32,000 bases of DNA. Origin: a cyanobacterium endosymbiont of Epithemia turgida isolate EtSB Lake Yunoko. GTDB taxonomy: Bacteria; Cyanobacteriota; Cyanobacteriia; Cyanobacteriales; Microcystaceae. Below the pieces are notes generated by a model, which did not search any database, was not told the DNA's origin, and was given only the letters and a program-made list of their open reading frames with translations. Position 1 is the stretch's first letter, and every line of letters begins with the position of its first letter. Positions 10,600 to 21,160 of the stretch are shown in pieces. The stretch spans positions 360,001-392,000 of the forward strand of contig NZ_AP012549.1 in the NCBI RefSeq assembly GCF_000829235.1, read 5' to 3'. Position numbers and translations under genes: made by a program.

Positions 10600-12420
10600 T
10601 CTTCTGATGTAAATTTCTTTAAATTAATCACAATTGATCAGCAATCTCATGTCACTCTCTCTGTATTATTTACAATAAAGAAATATTAACAATGATTGTC
10701 AATAAAACAATAGACAAGGCTGAAAAAAAATAAAATAACTCAGCAAGTTAACTTCACCTCTTTTTATTGAATTAGTCAAAGAAATCATCATTAAATATTC
10801 TAAAAACTAAAAGCACACCTCGTTGAATTTAACTCCATAAAGGAAATATACTTCATCTTCTAGACTTTAATATCTGTCGTGGAGAACTTATAACCGATAG
10901 AATAACTACAGTTATTTAATCAAAATGCAATAGAATGGTAATTTAGGAACTTTTTGTTAAAAAGCTCAGCGTTGGGGAAAAATATAAATTTGTTGTTAAA
11001 AAGACCAACAAACACTGTAGTCATAAAACTTATACCTACAATTACTGACAATAATTATATTATTGTCTAGCTTCTAGAGTCACTGCTCTTAATATCTGAA
11101 ACTATCAAAAATCGATTTTCACAATATTCTTGTATTTATTTATGAGGTCTATTTAAAGTTATGGCTGCGCACCAGTTATTACTTTACCCATAACGTCAGT
11201 TTTACCATACTTGTTCCCCACAAGCCTGGAGGACGTTTTTCAACCTATCGTAAATTAGCAAATAAATTAATTTCCTATGTAAAAAAAATAGGTTGTATCT
11301 ATATTGAACTCGCTCTCATAGCCAAACATCTTTTTGGCAGATATTGGGGATATCAAGTAGTAAACTACTATATCTCTCGTTATGGAACTCATCAAGATTA
11401 TATTTACAATTTTGTTAATTATATTGATTGACAATAAATATAAATTATTATGAATTAGGTTGGAGTACATTTTTTACAAAACCTTAACAAGTTATCCATA
11501 TTTGACAGAACTCTCTTATATAAATACAATTTCTCTCGTAAAAAACATAAAAAATAGGTCCTTCGTTTTTAACTACGGACGCAATGAAGTTCACAATTTC
11601 TTGATTGCTGACACCTTATTTTTATATGATAACTATCAAATTAATGGTGTTAAATATAGATGCAGTGTACTCAATATGACATTTTAGTTACGATCAAAAA
11701 ACCAGTCAATAGATTCCTGACTAACACGAAGACACGATAAGATTAAGGTGATGGCTCTTATTTATCAATTAAACGTGGACTTGTTTAAGAATTATCCAGA
11801 AGTTTTATCCATTGCTGAAAAATATACTACTTGACTGATGTTACACCCCATCCTACTGGTATTGGCAGACTAGAAATCCAGTTTAAATGGGATATGTATT
11901 AGATCAATGATACTCTGCAGTATTTTAAAATATATCCCCAAAATAGATCTAATTATCATAAACAAATTCTTTTTAGTCTTCAGTTTACTTTCAATAAAAA
12001 TTATATGTTTGCACTTTCCCATGAAGAAATAGTTTATGGAAAAGAACATCTCTTTTAAGAGAGTTCGGTGAATAGCAAGCATAAGTTAGCTAACTTATGC
12101 TTGCTATTCACCGAACTATTTACGTATTCAAAGAGGAAACTTTGTTTATAGAGATTTAATTTTATAAAAGCCATCAATAGAACCTAACTGTTTGTAACTT
12201 CGAACCAAATATTTATCAAAATTATTGGGTTGGCGTTCTTCAATTAGAATCATAACTATTATTAATGATCAATGCTAGTTATGATTCTGAGGTTTATAGT
12301 GGTTATGGAACGCTGAAGCAATCTTCTCTCAAAACCTGTTAATGAAACTTTCACACTTGGTTTTATAGTTTAGAAGTAAAAGCTCCAGCCTTGACTGCCT
12401 TGGTCTTTAAATTAAACCAA
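10600..12420 (+). pseudogene. glgB: decayed 1,4-alpha-glucan branching enzyme
   Basis: Frame-hopping translation gives these blocks: LSVGEKYKFVVKKTNKHCSHKTYTYNY; FSTYRKLANKLISYVKKIGCIYIELALIAKHLFGRYWGYQVVNYYISRYGTHQDYIYNFVNYID*; FVFNYGRNEVHNFLIADTLFLYDNYQINGV (ORF-track fragment 11460-11687); NYPEVLSIAEKYTT*; ALSHEEIVYGKEHLF*; LFTYSKRKLCL*; VCNFEPNIYQNYWVGV; and a ...LPWSLN tail. All are colinear with remembered GlgB blocks (YrELA..LipYvKe.GyTHiELlP..EHPf.gSWGYQ, FNYGRnEVrnFL.anAlfW...YHiDGlRvDAV, SHDEVVHGK, HPGKKLLFMG, NFTP). There are many in-frame stops and frameshifts, plus an internal deletion of roughly 70 codons. The 5' boundary is approximate. Confidence 0.85.
12062..12117. repeat. 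56-bp perfect palindrome inside the glgB ghost
   Basis: AGTTCGGTGAATAGCAAGCATAAGTTAG|CTAACTTATGCTTGCTATTCACCGAACT. Every one of the 28 positions pairs with its mirror, and the flanks G (12061) and A (12118) do not. Confidence 0.95.
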
Positions 12421-12493
12421 CAGGAAATATTAAGGTCATAGTATTGAGAATGGGTAATTTGCTCACTCTCAATAAAATATGGACAGTGTTGAA

Positions 12494-13048
12494 CTAAACA
12501 GCCAAAATCAAACTTTCAAACTTTTGTAATGTTTGGTTTGGGTCATCATTAATAAGAGTGTAGTTAAATTCTCCACTAGCCGTCAACTCTTCTTTAGCTA
12601 GTTCCATACGGTAGGTGATAGCCTCTTGTGAATCTTTACCTCGTTTTATCAGACGACGCTCTAGTTCTTCTAGAGATGGAGGTAGAATAAAAATTCCTAG
12701 AGCATAAGGAAAAGTTTGTTTAATTTTCCTTGCTCCCACTACATCGATTTCTAATAACACTTTTGTTCCCAATTTAATTTTTTCTTCTATATCAAAACGA
12801 GGGGTACCATAGCAATTATCAGCATATTTTGCCCATTCTAATAATTTTCCCTGGTTAATCATCTCTTTAAATTGGGAGCTTGTGATAAAGTGGTAATCTT
12901 TTCCATCCACTTCTCCCCTACGAGGCAAACGGGTAGTAACGGAGATAGACAAATAGAAGTCATTATGGCGTGCTAGTAAGGAACGAACAAGCGTCCCTTT
13001 ACCAACGCCACTAGGCCCAGTCAGTACGATAAGCTGTCCTGATGACAT
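12494..13048 (-). CDS. gmk: guanylate kinase
   Basis: 184-aa ORF with the P-loop LTGPSGVGKGTL, the SVTTRLPRRGEVDGKDYHF block and the typical length. Confidence 0.93.
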   Translation of the reverse strand: MSSGQLIVLTGPSGVGKGTLVRSLLARHNDFYLSISVTTRLPRRGEVDGKDYHFITSSQFKEMINQGKLLEWAKYADNCYGTPRFDIEEKIKLGTKVLLEIDVVGARKIKQTFPYALGIFILPPSLEELERRLIKRGKDSQEAITYRMELAKEELTASGEFNYTLINDDPNQTLQKFESLILAV

Positions 13049-13057
13049 GGGGAAATT

Positions 13058-13333
13058 TTACCTTGAATTACCGTTAGCATGAGTATCTTTGCTGGCAACA
13101 AAACGATGGGCGACAGTTTCTGGCTGAATGGCTGAAAGTACTACATGACTCGAATCTGTCATAATAACTGCGCGGGTTCGACGGCCATAGGTGGCATCGA
13201 TAAGTTGCCCACGATCACGCGCATCGGTGATAATACGTTTAATAGGCGCTGATTCAGGACTAACAATTGCAATCACCCGATTAGCAGAAACGATGTTTCC
13301 AAACCCAATGTTGATCAGTTGTATGTTTTCCAT
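13058..13333 (-). CDS. remA: RemA-like DUF370 protein
   Basis: The 91-aa [74 protein letters not shown] is almost identical in pattern to Bacillus RemA. The conserved remA-gmk adjacency is retained. Confidence 0.88.
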   Translation of the reverse strand: MENIQLINIGFGNIVSANRVIAIVSPESAPIKRIITDARDRGQLIDATYGRRTRAVIMTDSSHVVLSAIQPETVAHRFVASKDTHANGNSR

Positions 13334-13937
13334 AGTTGTAACGGCTGTGCCGTGTAAGAAATAATTGATAAACCACCATTACTAATGGTATCGATAAAAA
13401 TTAAGACTTACAACGTAAAAACCTATCTAACCATTTATTTTTCAGTTTTTTCACCTTTTTCTCACAATTTTTCCGTAATGGCTTTGGGTAGTCTCTACAC
13501 TTATAACAGATATGATGGTCACCATTACCCCAAAATGCCTTAATTATGTTGAATATACCTATATTTAAAAAAATTTAAATTTATATAGGTTATCATTTTT
13601 ATATTAATGTTTTCTAATTTTGCTTGAGGGGTAATTGAAATCAATATCAGCAAAGCAATCATGATCAAGGATATTTTCAATGGGAATAAATTCAACTAAA
13701 ATAATTATCTTTGTACTCAATAAATAGACACTCTAGTTTTAGGATAGATTTACAAAATTTTGGTTGAAACAACGAAATATAACCTCAGATCTTATATAAA
13801 AATTCTTTTACCATAACATTGCCAGACTTATCATACTGTAAAATGACTAAGATTATTTTTTGTGGCAAGTCAAAAACTGACAGAAAGACACGATACACTC
13901 AAAGAGTGTAATTTTCATAATTTGTAAATATTTATCA

Positions 13938-14963
13938 ATGATTTCAACCGAAAAAACCCTCTTAGGTAAATCTTTAGAGGAATTAACTCATTGGGTTCAA
14001 CAACAAGGACAACCGGCCTATCGAGGCAAACAACTTCATCAATGGCTATATCAAAAAGGGGCACGATCATTGGAGGAGATTTCTGTTTTTCCCAAGCTTT
14101 GGCGTAACCAACTGGGTAATTACCCAGTTGGTCGTTCTAAAATTAATTATCGCATTATTTCCCCTGATGCTACTCGAAAATATTTATTATCTCTTGATGA
14201 TGGTTTAATTATTGAAGCTGTTGGTATTCCCACTACCAAACGCTTGACTGTTTGTGTTTCTTCTCAGGTAGGGTGTCCTATAGCCTGCGACTTTTGTGCA
14301 ACAGGAAAAAGAGGCTATGACCGTAATCTTAAAACTCATGAAATTGTGGATCAAGTTTTAACAGTTCAAGAAGATTTTCAAAGACGAGTAAGTCATGTTG
14401 TTTTTATGGGAATGGGAGAACCATTACTTAACCTCGAAGCAGTAATCTCTGCTGTGAAAATTCTTAATCAAGATATGCATATTAGTCAGCGATCACTGAC
14501 TATTTCTACGGTGGGACTTCCTCAAAAAATTATTCGATTGGCTAATCATAATCTACAAGTTACTTTTGCCGTCAGTCTTCATGCTTCTAACCAAGTATTG
14601 CGAGAAAAATTAATTCCTAGTGCAATCTCTTATCCTATAAAACAGTTATTAGAAGACTGTCGACAATATATCGCAATTACTCGACGGCGAGTAACTTTTG
14701 AATATATCTTATTAGAGGGAGTCAATGATCTACCTAAGCACGCTATTGAATTGGCTAATCATTTACGGGGATTTCAAAGTCATGTTAATTTAATCCCTTA
14801 TAATCCCATTGAAGAAGCGAATTATAAACGTCCTAATCAACAAAAAACTCAAAATTTTATGAATGTTCTTCAACAACATAAAATTGCTGTTAGTGTTCGC
14901 TATTCAAGAGGATTAGGGGCTAATGCAGCTTGTGGACAATTACAGTCTTCTCGTTTATTTTGA
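13938..14963 (+). CDS. rlmN: 23S rRNA/tRNA adenine-C2 methyltransferase, radical SAM
   Basis: 341-aa ORF. It has the N-terminal [14 protein letters not shown] motif, the radical-SAM cluster motif [12 protein letters not shown], and the MGMGEPLLN and C-terminal AACGQL motifs. Confidence 0.92.
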   Translation: MISTEKTLLGKSLEELTHWVQQQGQPAYRGKQLHQWLYQKGARSLEEISVFPKLWRNQLGNYPVGRSKINYRIISPDATRKYLLSLDDGLIIEAVGIPTTKRLTVCVSSQVGCPIACDFCATGKRGYDRNLKTHEIVDQVLTVQEDFQRRVSHVVFMGMGEPLLNLEAVISAVKILNQDMHISQRSLTISTVGLPQKIIRLANHNLQVTFAVSLHASNQVLREKLIPSAISYPIKQLLEDCRQYIAITRRRVTFEYILLEGVNDLPKHAIELANHLRGFQSHVNLIPYNPIEEANYKRPNQQKTQNFMNVLQQHKIAVSVRYSRGLGANAACGQLQSSRLF

Positions 14964-14999
14964 AAGAAGTGACCTAGGTATGAGGTATCACTAATTTTA

Positions 15000-15415
15000 C
15001 AGTTCGAGAATAATCGACTATTAAATAAATATAAACTAGATAGTTAATTTCAATCATTTTACTCTAGTTATAGAGAGGTTCTTGATTGAGATATACAGAA
15101 TTAGAACAGTAATTTTTGGGAGTTTTATTCATGATTAACTAGGTAAATTTAGTCAAAAATACATAAATACTAGTTTTGCTAAGATGATAAGACTTCAAAT
15201 ACTGTTTATCAATCTTCAGTGAAATTATCTTTTCCTGTTTAGAACATGATAAAACGTGAAATAAATTTCACAGCTAATATCTTAAAATGGTCCAATAATA
15301 TGGTAGACTTCTTTCCTAAAAGGAGAAAAAAAGATGCCGTTATGGGAGCTCCGACTAACTTCACCCAAAGTGCATTGTGAATTACCTTTGTCCAGTTACT
15401 AATAAAAAAGTCAGG
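15000..15415 (-). pseudogene. frmB: decayed, 3'-truncated S-formylglutathione hydrolase (esterase D)
   Basis: It lies immediately downstream of the frmA ghost on the same strand. The minus-strand reading ...ERSLPYYWTILRY*L*NLF resembles the esterase-D block k.PVLYWLSGLTCt..NF, and it is preceded by GNSQCTLGEV (cf. ..C.M.f.vy). Only about half of a normal gene length fits before rlmN. The similarity is short and from memory. Confidence 0.4.
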
Positions 15416-15420
15416 TCAAT

Positions 15421-16200
<780 letters not shown>

Positions 16201-16381
16201 GATGGGATCAAATATAATCAGTTAGACAAACTTTGATTATTTTCAATATATTAAGTTAATTTTTTACACCATAACACTATTTTTCTCGGCTTATTAGCCT
16301 ACTTTGGAATATTAGATTACACCAATATATTTTAAAGTAAGAGGATAATTTGCTTTATCAACATTTTCTAACGGTTATTAA

Positions 16382-18010
16382 CTAGAGAAAAGTATCCTGT
16401 AAATTACCAGAAACTTCCGATAAACCAAACAAAGTCTTACAAGATATGTCCTGTCCTTCTGCCATTTGTCCGTAAGAAAATACCCAAGGTAAATCATCCT
16501 TCAAAACTTTAGTTTCATTAAGAAACCAATCTCTAACATAAGGACTCCCATAGATAATTAATCCCTTAACTATTTTGTACTTTAGCAATTTCTTGTAAAT
16601 CTTCTGTACTCTATCAGTTAATCCTGCATTCCCTCGAAATGGATTTCCCCTAACAAATATTTGTAATAAAGTGTTGCGATTATCCTTTAAAACAAAACCA
16701 AGAGTATTTTCATCTACTAACTGTAAATTGTATCCCAGTTGTTTAGGGATAGTGACAGCAGGAGTCTGGCGATCTAAAAAATCACAATTAAGGAGATCAT
16801 CTACCACAATTAAATTACGTTGTTTTAATTTCTTCTTTAGGGGTAAATTTCCTCCCTTCTCACTGGAATATTGAAGAATGTGAACAACTATTTCTTTGGA
16901 TATAGGTTGAGATAATTGACTTAGAGAAGATAAAAGCTGATTCTCAGAGGAAGAAATAGTAGTCGATACTTTCTGTTTAGCATGCCTTATCCTAGCTAGA
17001 GAGGCTTCAATTCTCTCACAAGTAATACGTCCTGACTTAACCGCTTGGTAAACTGCCTCAATAGTTTTTTGGGGATCGTGAGGCATTAATAAAATATCAG
17101 CTCCCGCTTCTACCGCCATCACCGCTACTTCTTCGGAAGTAGCATAATTGGTTATTCCTCCCATTACCAAAGCATCGGTAACAATTAGCCCTTCAAAACC
17201 TAACTTTTTTCGTAACTGACCTGTTAATATTTTCTTAGAAAGAGTTGCAGGTTTTTGTTCATCCCAAGCCTGAATTAACAAGTGGGCAGTCATCACACTA
17301 TCGACACCAGCCTCTATTGCTTTTTTGAATGGGACTAATTCTACCTCCTCTAGTCGACGCGTTTGATGAGGGATAACCGGTAAATCTAGGTGAGAGTCGG
17401 TGTCAGTATCTCCATGTCCTGGAAAATGTTTAGCAGTAGTTAGAACTTTATAGGTCTTAGCCCCGTCTATAAACGCCGTTGCTAAGTGGCTAACAATCTC
17501 AGGATTATTACTAAAAGACCGGATATTGATTACCGGGTTTTCCGGGTTATTATTAACATCAACTATGGGAGCTAATATCCAATTAATCCCAATGGCGAGA
17601 GCTTCTTGGGCAGTAATCATCCCCATTTTGGTTGCATATTCAATCGCTTTACCCAAATCTTGTTTAGCAATAGCAATACTTCCTAAGGCCATCGGGGGAG
17701 GAAACCAAGTCGCTCCAGAAAATCGCTGTCCCACCCCCTCTTCAGTGTCCGCAGCCACTAACAGAGGGGTCTTTGACCACTGTTGTAGCTGTTGGGTTCT
17801 TAGGGCTAATTCAGCTCCAGTTCCCCCCAATAAGATAATGCCTCCTAAATTTAAGGTTTGTAGCCAATGGCGTAATTGAGTATTAGGGACTTCCCAAGTA
17901 GGGAAACGAATCTGCTGATCGAACAAATGTCCAGAGGCACGAACCACTACCATTTGCCCAATCTGTTGTTTGAGGGTTTCGTTAGTCGAATGGAATGATA
18001 AGTTGGTCAC
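16382..18010 (-). CDS. nagZ: glycoside hydrolase family 3, beta-N-acetylhexosaminidase-like
   Basis: 542-aa ORF with GH3 N-terminal domain motifs: PVINIRSFSNNPE, KHFPGHGDTDTDSHLDLP and GLIVTDALVMGG. It starts 9 bp after the rbfA stop, so it is probably co-transcribed. The symbol is assigned by family only. Confidence 0.8.
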   Translation of the reverse strand: MTNLSFHSTNETLKQQIGQMVVVRASGHLFDQQIRFPTWEVPNTQLRHWLQTLNLGGIILLGGTGAELALRTQQLQQWSKTPLLVAADTEEGVGQRFSGATWFPPPMALGSIAIAKQDLGKAIEYATKMGMITAQEALAIGINWILAPIVDVNNNPENPVINIRSFSNNPEIVSHLATAFIDGAKTYKVLTTAKHFPGHGDTDTDSHLDLPVIPHQTRRLEEVELVPFKKAIEAGVDSVMTAHLLIQAWDEQKPATLSKKILTGQLRKKLGFEGLIVTDALVMGGITNYATSEEVAVMAVEAGADILLMPHDPQKTIEAVYQAVKSGRITCERIEASLARIRHAKQKVSTTISSSENQLLSSLSQLSQPISKEIVVHILQYSSEKGGNLPLKKKLKQRNLIVVDDLLNCDFLDRQTPAVTIPKQLGYNLQLVDENTLGFVLKDNRNTLLQIFVRGNPFRGNAGLTDRVQKIYKKLLKYKIVKGLIIYGSPYVRDWFLNETKVLKDDLPWVFSYGQMAEGQDISCKTLFGLSEVSGNLQDTFL

Positions 18011-18019
18011 AACGGTTAA

Positions 18020-18412
18020 TTATACATATTCCTCTTGGTCGAGATCATTTTCGTCGGGGAGAGTTTCCTTAATTTGATTGAGTAGATGAACCATTTTATC
18101 TCCTCTTTCCAGGGAAAGATCTTGGAGAAAGATCACTTCGGGAGTGCGTCGTAACCGCATTCGCTGTCCCAATTCTCGACGAACAAATCCTGCAGATGAT
18201 TGGAGTCCAGCCATGGTTTCTAATTGAGCTTGTTTACTTCCATAAATACTGACAAAGATTTTGGCATGTTGTAAGTCTCCTGATACATCAACTGATGTAA
18301 CACTAACCATTCCTGTTCCCACGCGGTCGTCTTTAATATCGTGGAGTAACATTTGACTGATTTCGCGTTTTATCAATGAGGAAACACGAGAAACTCGACG
18401 ACTAGTAGCCAT
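18020..18412 (-). CDS. rbfA: ribosome-binding factor A
   Basis: 130-aa ORF. The sequence [52 protein letters not shown] and [18 protein letters not shown] are classic RbfA blocks. Confidence 0.9.
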   Translation of the reverse strand: MATSRRVSRVSSLIKREISQMLLHDIKDDRVGTGMVSVTSVDVSGDLQHAKIFVSIYGSKQAQLETMAGLQSSAGFVRRELGQRMRLRRTPEVIFLQDLSLERGDKMVHLLNQIKETLPDENDLDQEEYV

Positions 18413-18560
18413 TTTTGCTCCCTATTGTTCCAGAATTATGGTCTACAATTGAGACAAAATATCTCAACTTGACGATTATGTTGTCCATAACGATACTAAA
18501 TATATATTACCTTTATAATTTAAAGAAAATAGTCTTTATTAGTTTTACTCAGTTGAGAAA

Positions 18561-19334
18561 TTATGCTAAGGCTGAAGATCCCAAGTCAGGGGGAACATCT
18601 TGCCAACGCCCAGGACCAACAGCCCGAAGGGCTTCTGCTAAGTCGAGGTTCCCTGTGTATAGGGCTTTTCCTATAATTACCCCTGTTATTCCTACAACTT
18701 CTAAAGAAAGTAAACTTAATAAATCAGTCAAAGAACTGACTCCCCCCGATGCAATGACTGGAATATTAACATGACTTGCTAATTCTCGTAAGGCTTTGTG
18801 GTTAGGACCGCCTAAAGTTCCATCTCGATGAATATCGGTGTAAATGATAGTGGTCACTCCTGATTGCACCATTTGTTGGGCAAGGTTTGTAGCTAAGACT
18901 TCTGAGGTTTCTAACCATCCTCGTGTGGCTACTCTCCCATTACGTGCATCGATGCTTACGGCGATTTTTCCCGGAAATTCTTGGCATAATTCTCGGACCA
19001 AAGCAGGATTTTCTACAGCAACGGTTCCCACAATGACACGCTTAACTCCCAGATTGAGGAGTTGAGCAATACTCAAACTATTGCGTAACCCTCCTCCTAC
19101 TTGGACAGGAATAGAAATAGATTTCACAATGGCTTCAATGGTGGTTAAATTGACAGGGTTTCCTTGTTTAGCCCCATCTAGATCTACAAGGTGAAGGCAT
19201 GTTGCCCCAAGGTCTGCCCATTGACGGGCTATTTTCACTGGATTTTCACTATAGACTTGGGATTTATGATAGTCGCCTTGATAGAGCCGGACACAACGCC
19301 CATCAAGAAGATCGATCGCAGGGATAATATCCAT
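18561..19334 (-). CDS. hisA: ProFAR isomerase (histidine biosynthesis)
   Basis: [22 protein letters not shown]... is the canonical HisA N-terminus, and [10 protein letters not shown] and GVIIGKALY are also present. The ORF track extends 28 codons further upstream (to 19418). That extension has no HisA counterpart, so the ATG at 19334 is preferred. Confidence 0.92.
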   Translation of the reverse strand: MDIIPAIDLLDGRCVRLYQGDYHKSQVYSENPVKIARQWADLGATCLHLVDLDGAKQGNPVNLTTIEAIVKSISIPVQVGGGLRNSLSIAQLLNLGVKRVIVGTVAVENPALVRELCQEFPGKIAVSIDARNGRVATRGWLETSEVLATNLAQQMVQSGVTTIIYTDIHRDGTLGGPNHKALRELASHVNIPVIASGGVSSLTDLLSLLSLEVVGITGVIIGKALYTGNLDLAEALRAVGPGRWQDVPPDLGSSALA

Positions 19335-19479
19335 TTTTGATTTATATTTTGTGATTAATTTACCTTGATCTTCATTATCCCTTAGAGTTATACAATTAGA
19401 AATTAGAGACAAAAACATCTAATCATTAAGACTCGTTTGATAGTTTTTAACTTTTTAGTATCCTGCCTCTAGGGATGTT

Positions 19480-19760
19480 TTGCTCAATATTTCTATAAAA
19501 AATTAAGCTTATTGGAATAGAAAATCAATTAGCTGTTCCTCGTCAGGACTCTACATCGATAGTTTTTAGTAAATAAATTCGTAATAAATCCTCAATATTT
19601 CTCCGATAATTCCAGCGATTAACGATAATTTACCGATGGCTTTTACAATTTTAGGCTAGTTACTCTCTTCAATTTATTTTATCTTTAAATTACGCTTAGA
19701 ATATTTGAGTATAAATTCAGGATGATCTACATCAAAAATAATTTTAAATACTCGTACTGA
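19480..19760 (-). pseudogene. possible decayed xisI-family gene
   Basis: Minus-strand reading gives KIIFDVDHPEFILKY (cf. XisI etIFDt.rDhYql..vGW) and KAIGKLSLIAGIIGEIL (cf. dikdGKIWIQhDgTE.GiA.EL). It is N-terminally truncated and broken by stops. The motifs are short and recalled from memory. Confidence 0.3.
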
Positions 19761-19764
19761 TGTT

Positions 19765-20180
19765 TGATTTATTTTATGGATTACTTCTTGTTCAAATTTA
19801 GTAGCATTATAACCCTAAAGACTCATAAAAACTAGCTATTTGATGAATGGTTAAAGTGGAAGTAACAAAGATAGATAAGAGGAAAAAACAGCTTCATAAT
19901 CTAGATTGTCAAGTGGTCTAAAATTTAGGTTGAGAATGGAATAAAGCAATCACAATATCTCCGTAACAATTTTTATATTGACACTAGATTTAAAACTTTT
20001 TTTAAAAATATAAAATAGTTTTGTGAGACATTTTTCTAAATAATTTAGAATCATAATATAACGCTAATATCTAATTTGTTTAGAAAGATAGATAGCGTCA
20101 ATTATCTATTCTAATGGGAAGAACTTATGAGTACAATTTTTAGTAATTTTTCCTAGATACAAGGATAAGTTAAAATCTAT
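19765..20180 (-). pseudogene. possible decayed xisH-family gene
   Basis: The minus-strand readings ...RVIMLLNLNKK and, one frame over, FEQEVIHKINQ resemble the XisH C-terminus (..v.LlVvnl.keEIvqWIN). The upstream part is only weakly recognisable. Confidence 0.3.
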
Positions 20181-20594
20181 CATGGACTTATTTAAAAATC
20201 CCGCATAACGGGCTTCATCCAGCGCCATAAAGTGAAAAGTTCTAAAATACAAACCCGTTCAAGATATTCAATAAATCCTTCTTTTATAGTTTTATCTGAA
20301 TAATTTTAAGAGCCTGTATTGAATTATTTATCACGGATAAAATGAATGGTGGCAATTGTAGTCTTTCCTCATCTCTGTCAACATTGCATTTATTCCATCT
20401 TTTGTTCGGTCAGAAAAGGTCAGCGAACGTGGGGAGAGAAAGGTTTCTCTAGTATGGGCTTTAGTTCTTAGTTTAACTTCTGTTAGGGTTAGTTTATCTA
20501 GTGTATTAATCATAGCTTCTTGGCTAAGAGATTTTGTCTAAGTGTTACGGAATACTGATATTTAGATCTACCTTTAATCTGGTAAGCAAATAGA

Positions 20595-20640
20595 TTCAAT
20601 TAATCATTGAGTTTTAGTTGAAACTCGATGATTAATTGAA
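20595..20640. repeat. hairpin with a 19-bp stem (one G.T pair) and 8-nt loop
   Basis: TTCAATTAATCATTGAGTT / ttagttga / AACTCGATGATTAATTGAA. A second perfect 10-bp hairpin, GGTCTATTTT/aata/AAAATAGACC, follows at 20667-20690. Confidence 0.85.
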
Positions 20641-20854
20641 TTTGAAAGTATTTGTCTATTTATATCGGTCTATTTTAATAAAAATAGACCTAAATTTGAT
20701 AAAAGTTATAAAAATTAGTTTAACGTATTGTGTTGATCTCATCCGTTTAGGTGAGGTAAACGTTTTGTTGTTTGTTTTATCATCCTGAGGGTGAGGATCA
20801 ATAATTTTTAGTGTGAAATAAACAAAAATAACCCCATACACTTCCTAAGTCGTT

Positions 20855-21160
20855 ATGAAAGTCGTTTTATTGTTCATTAGTTTAAGTTTCTCTCTGACAG
20901 TAACTGTGATCGCCTCTGAAACGGAGCCTTTGGCTAAAGACTTAGCCGGAGTTGAACCAAGAACTTTTGACGACTGGGATTGGGCCGTTGGAGGTAAATA
21001 TACAGATCATATACAACCGGAATCTTACAACTCCAATGGACTAGGTTTAGATGCTTATCAAATTAAAGTTAAGAAATTAAACGACACTTTGGGAATTAAT
21101 GATCGCCAATTAGGAGATGTTCAAAGAACGACCCGTCGCCTTCCTTTTGCTGAATTTTAA
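20855..21160 (+). CDS. hypothetical small secreted protein (orphan ORF)
   Basis: 101-aa ORF with a convincing signal peptide (MKVVLLFISLSFSLTVTVIASE) and non-AT-biased composition, standing alone in decayed DNA. I recognise no family. It may itself be a truncated remnant (see findings). Confidence 0.4.
   Translation: MKVVLLFISLSFSLTVTVIASETEPLAKDLAGVEPRTFDDWDWAVGGKYTDHIQPESYNSNGLGLDAYQIKVKKLNDTLGINDRQLGDVQRTTRRLPFAEF

Noticed and set aside
11267-12082. Track ORFs 11267-11470 (-) and 11870-12082 (-), plus 11460-11687 (+), as independent genes
   Set aside because: All lie inside the glgB ghost. The + strand ORF is simply an open fragment of GlgB. The minus-strand ORFs are AT-rich chance frames, and one starts inside the 56-bp palindrome.
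19335-19418. 28-codon N-terminal extension of hisA in the ORF track
   Set aside because: Canonical HisA begins at MDIIPAIDL. The extension ([28 protein letters not shown]) has no counterpart in HisA.
20656-20841. 61-aa minus-strand ORF, and similarly 24943-25167 (-) and 25566-25772 (+)
   Set aside because: They have AT-driven Lys/Ile/Phe/Asn-rich sequence with no motifs. ORF 24943-25167 is antisense to the more plausible two-TM ORF, and 25566-25772 is an open stretch within the ArsC-like ghost.
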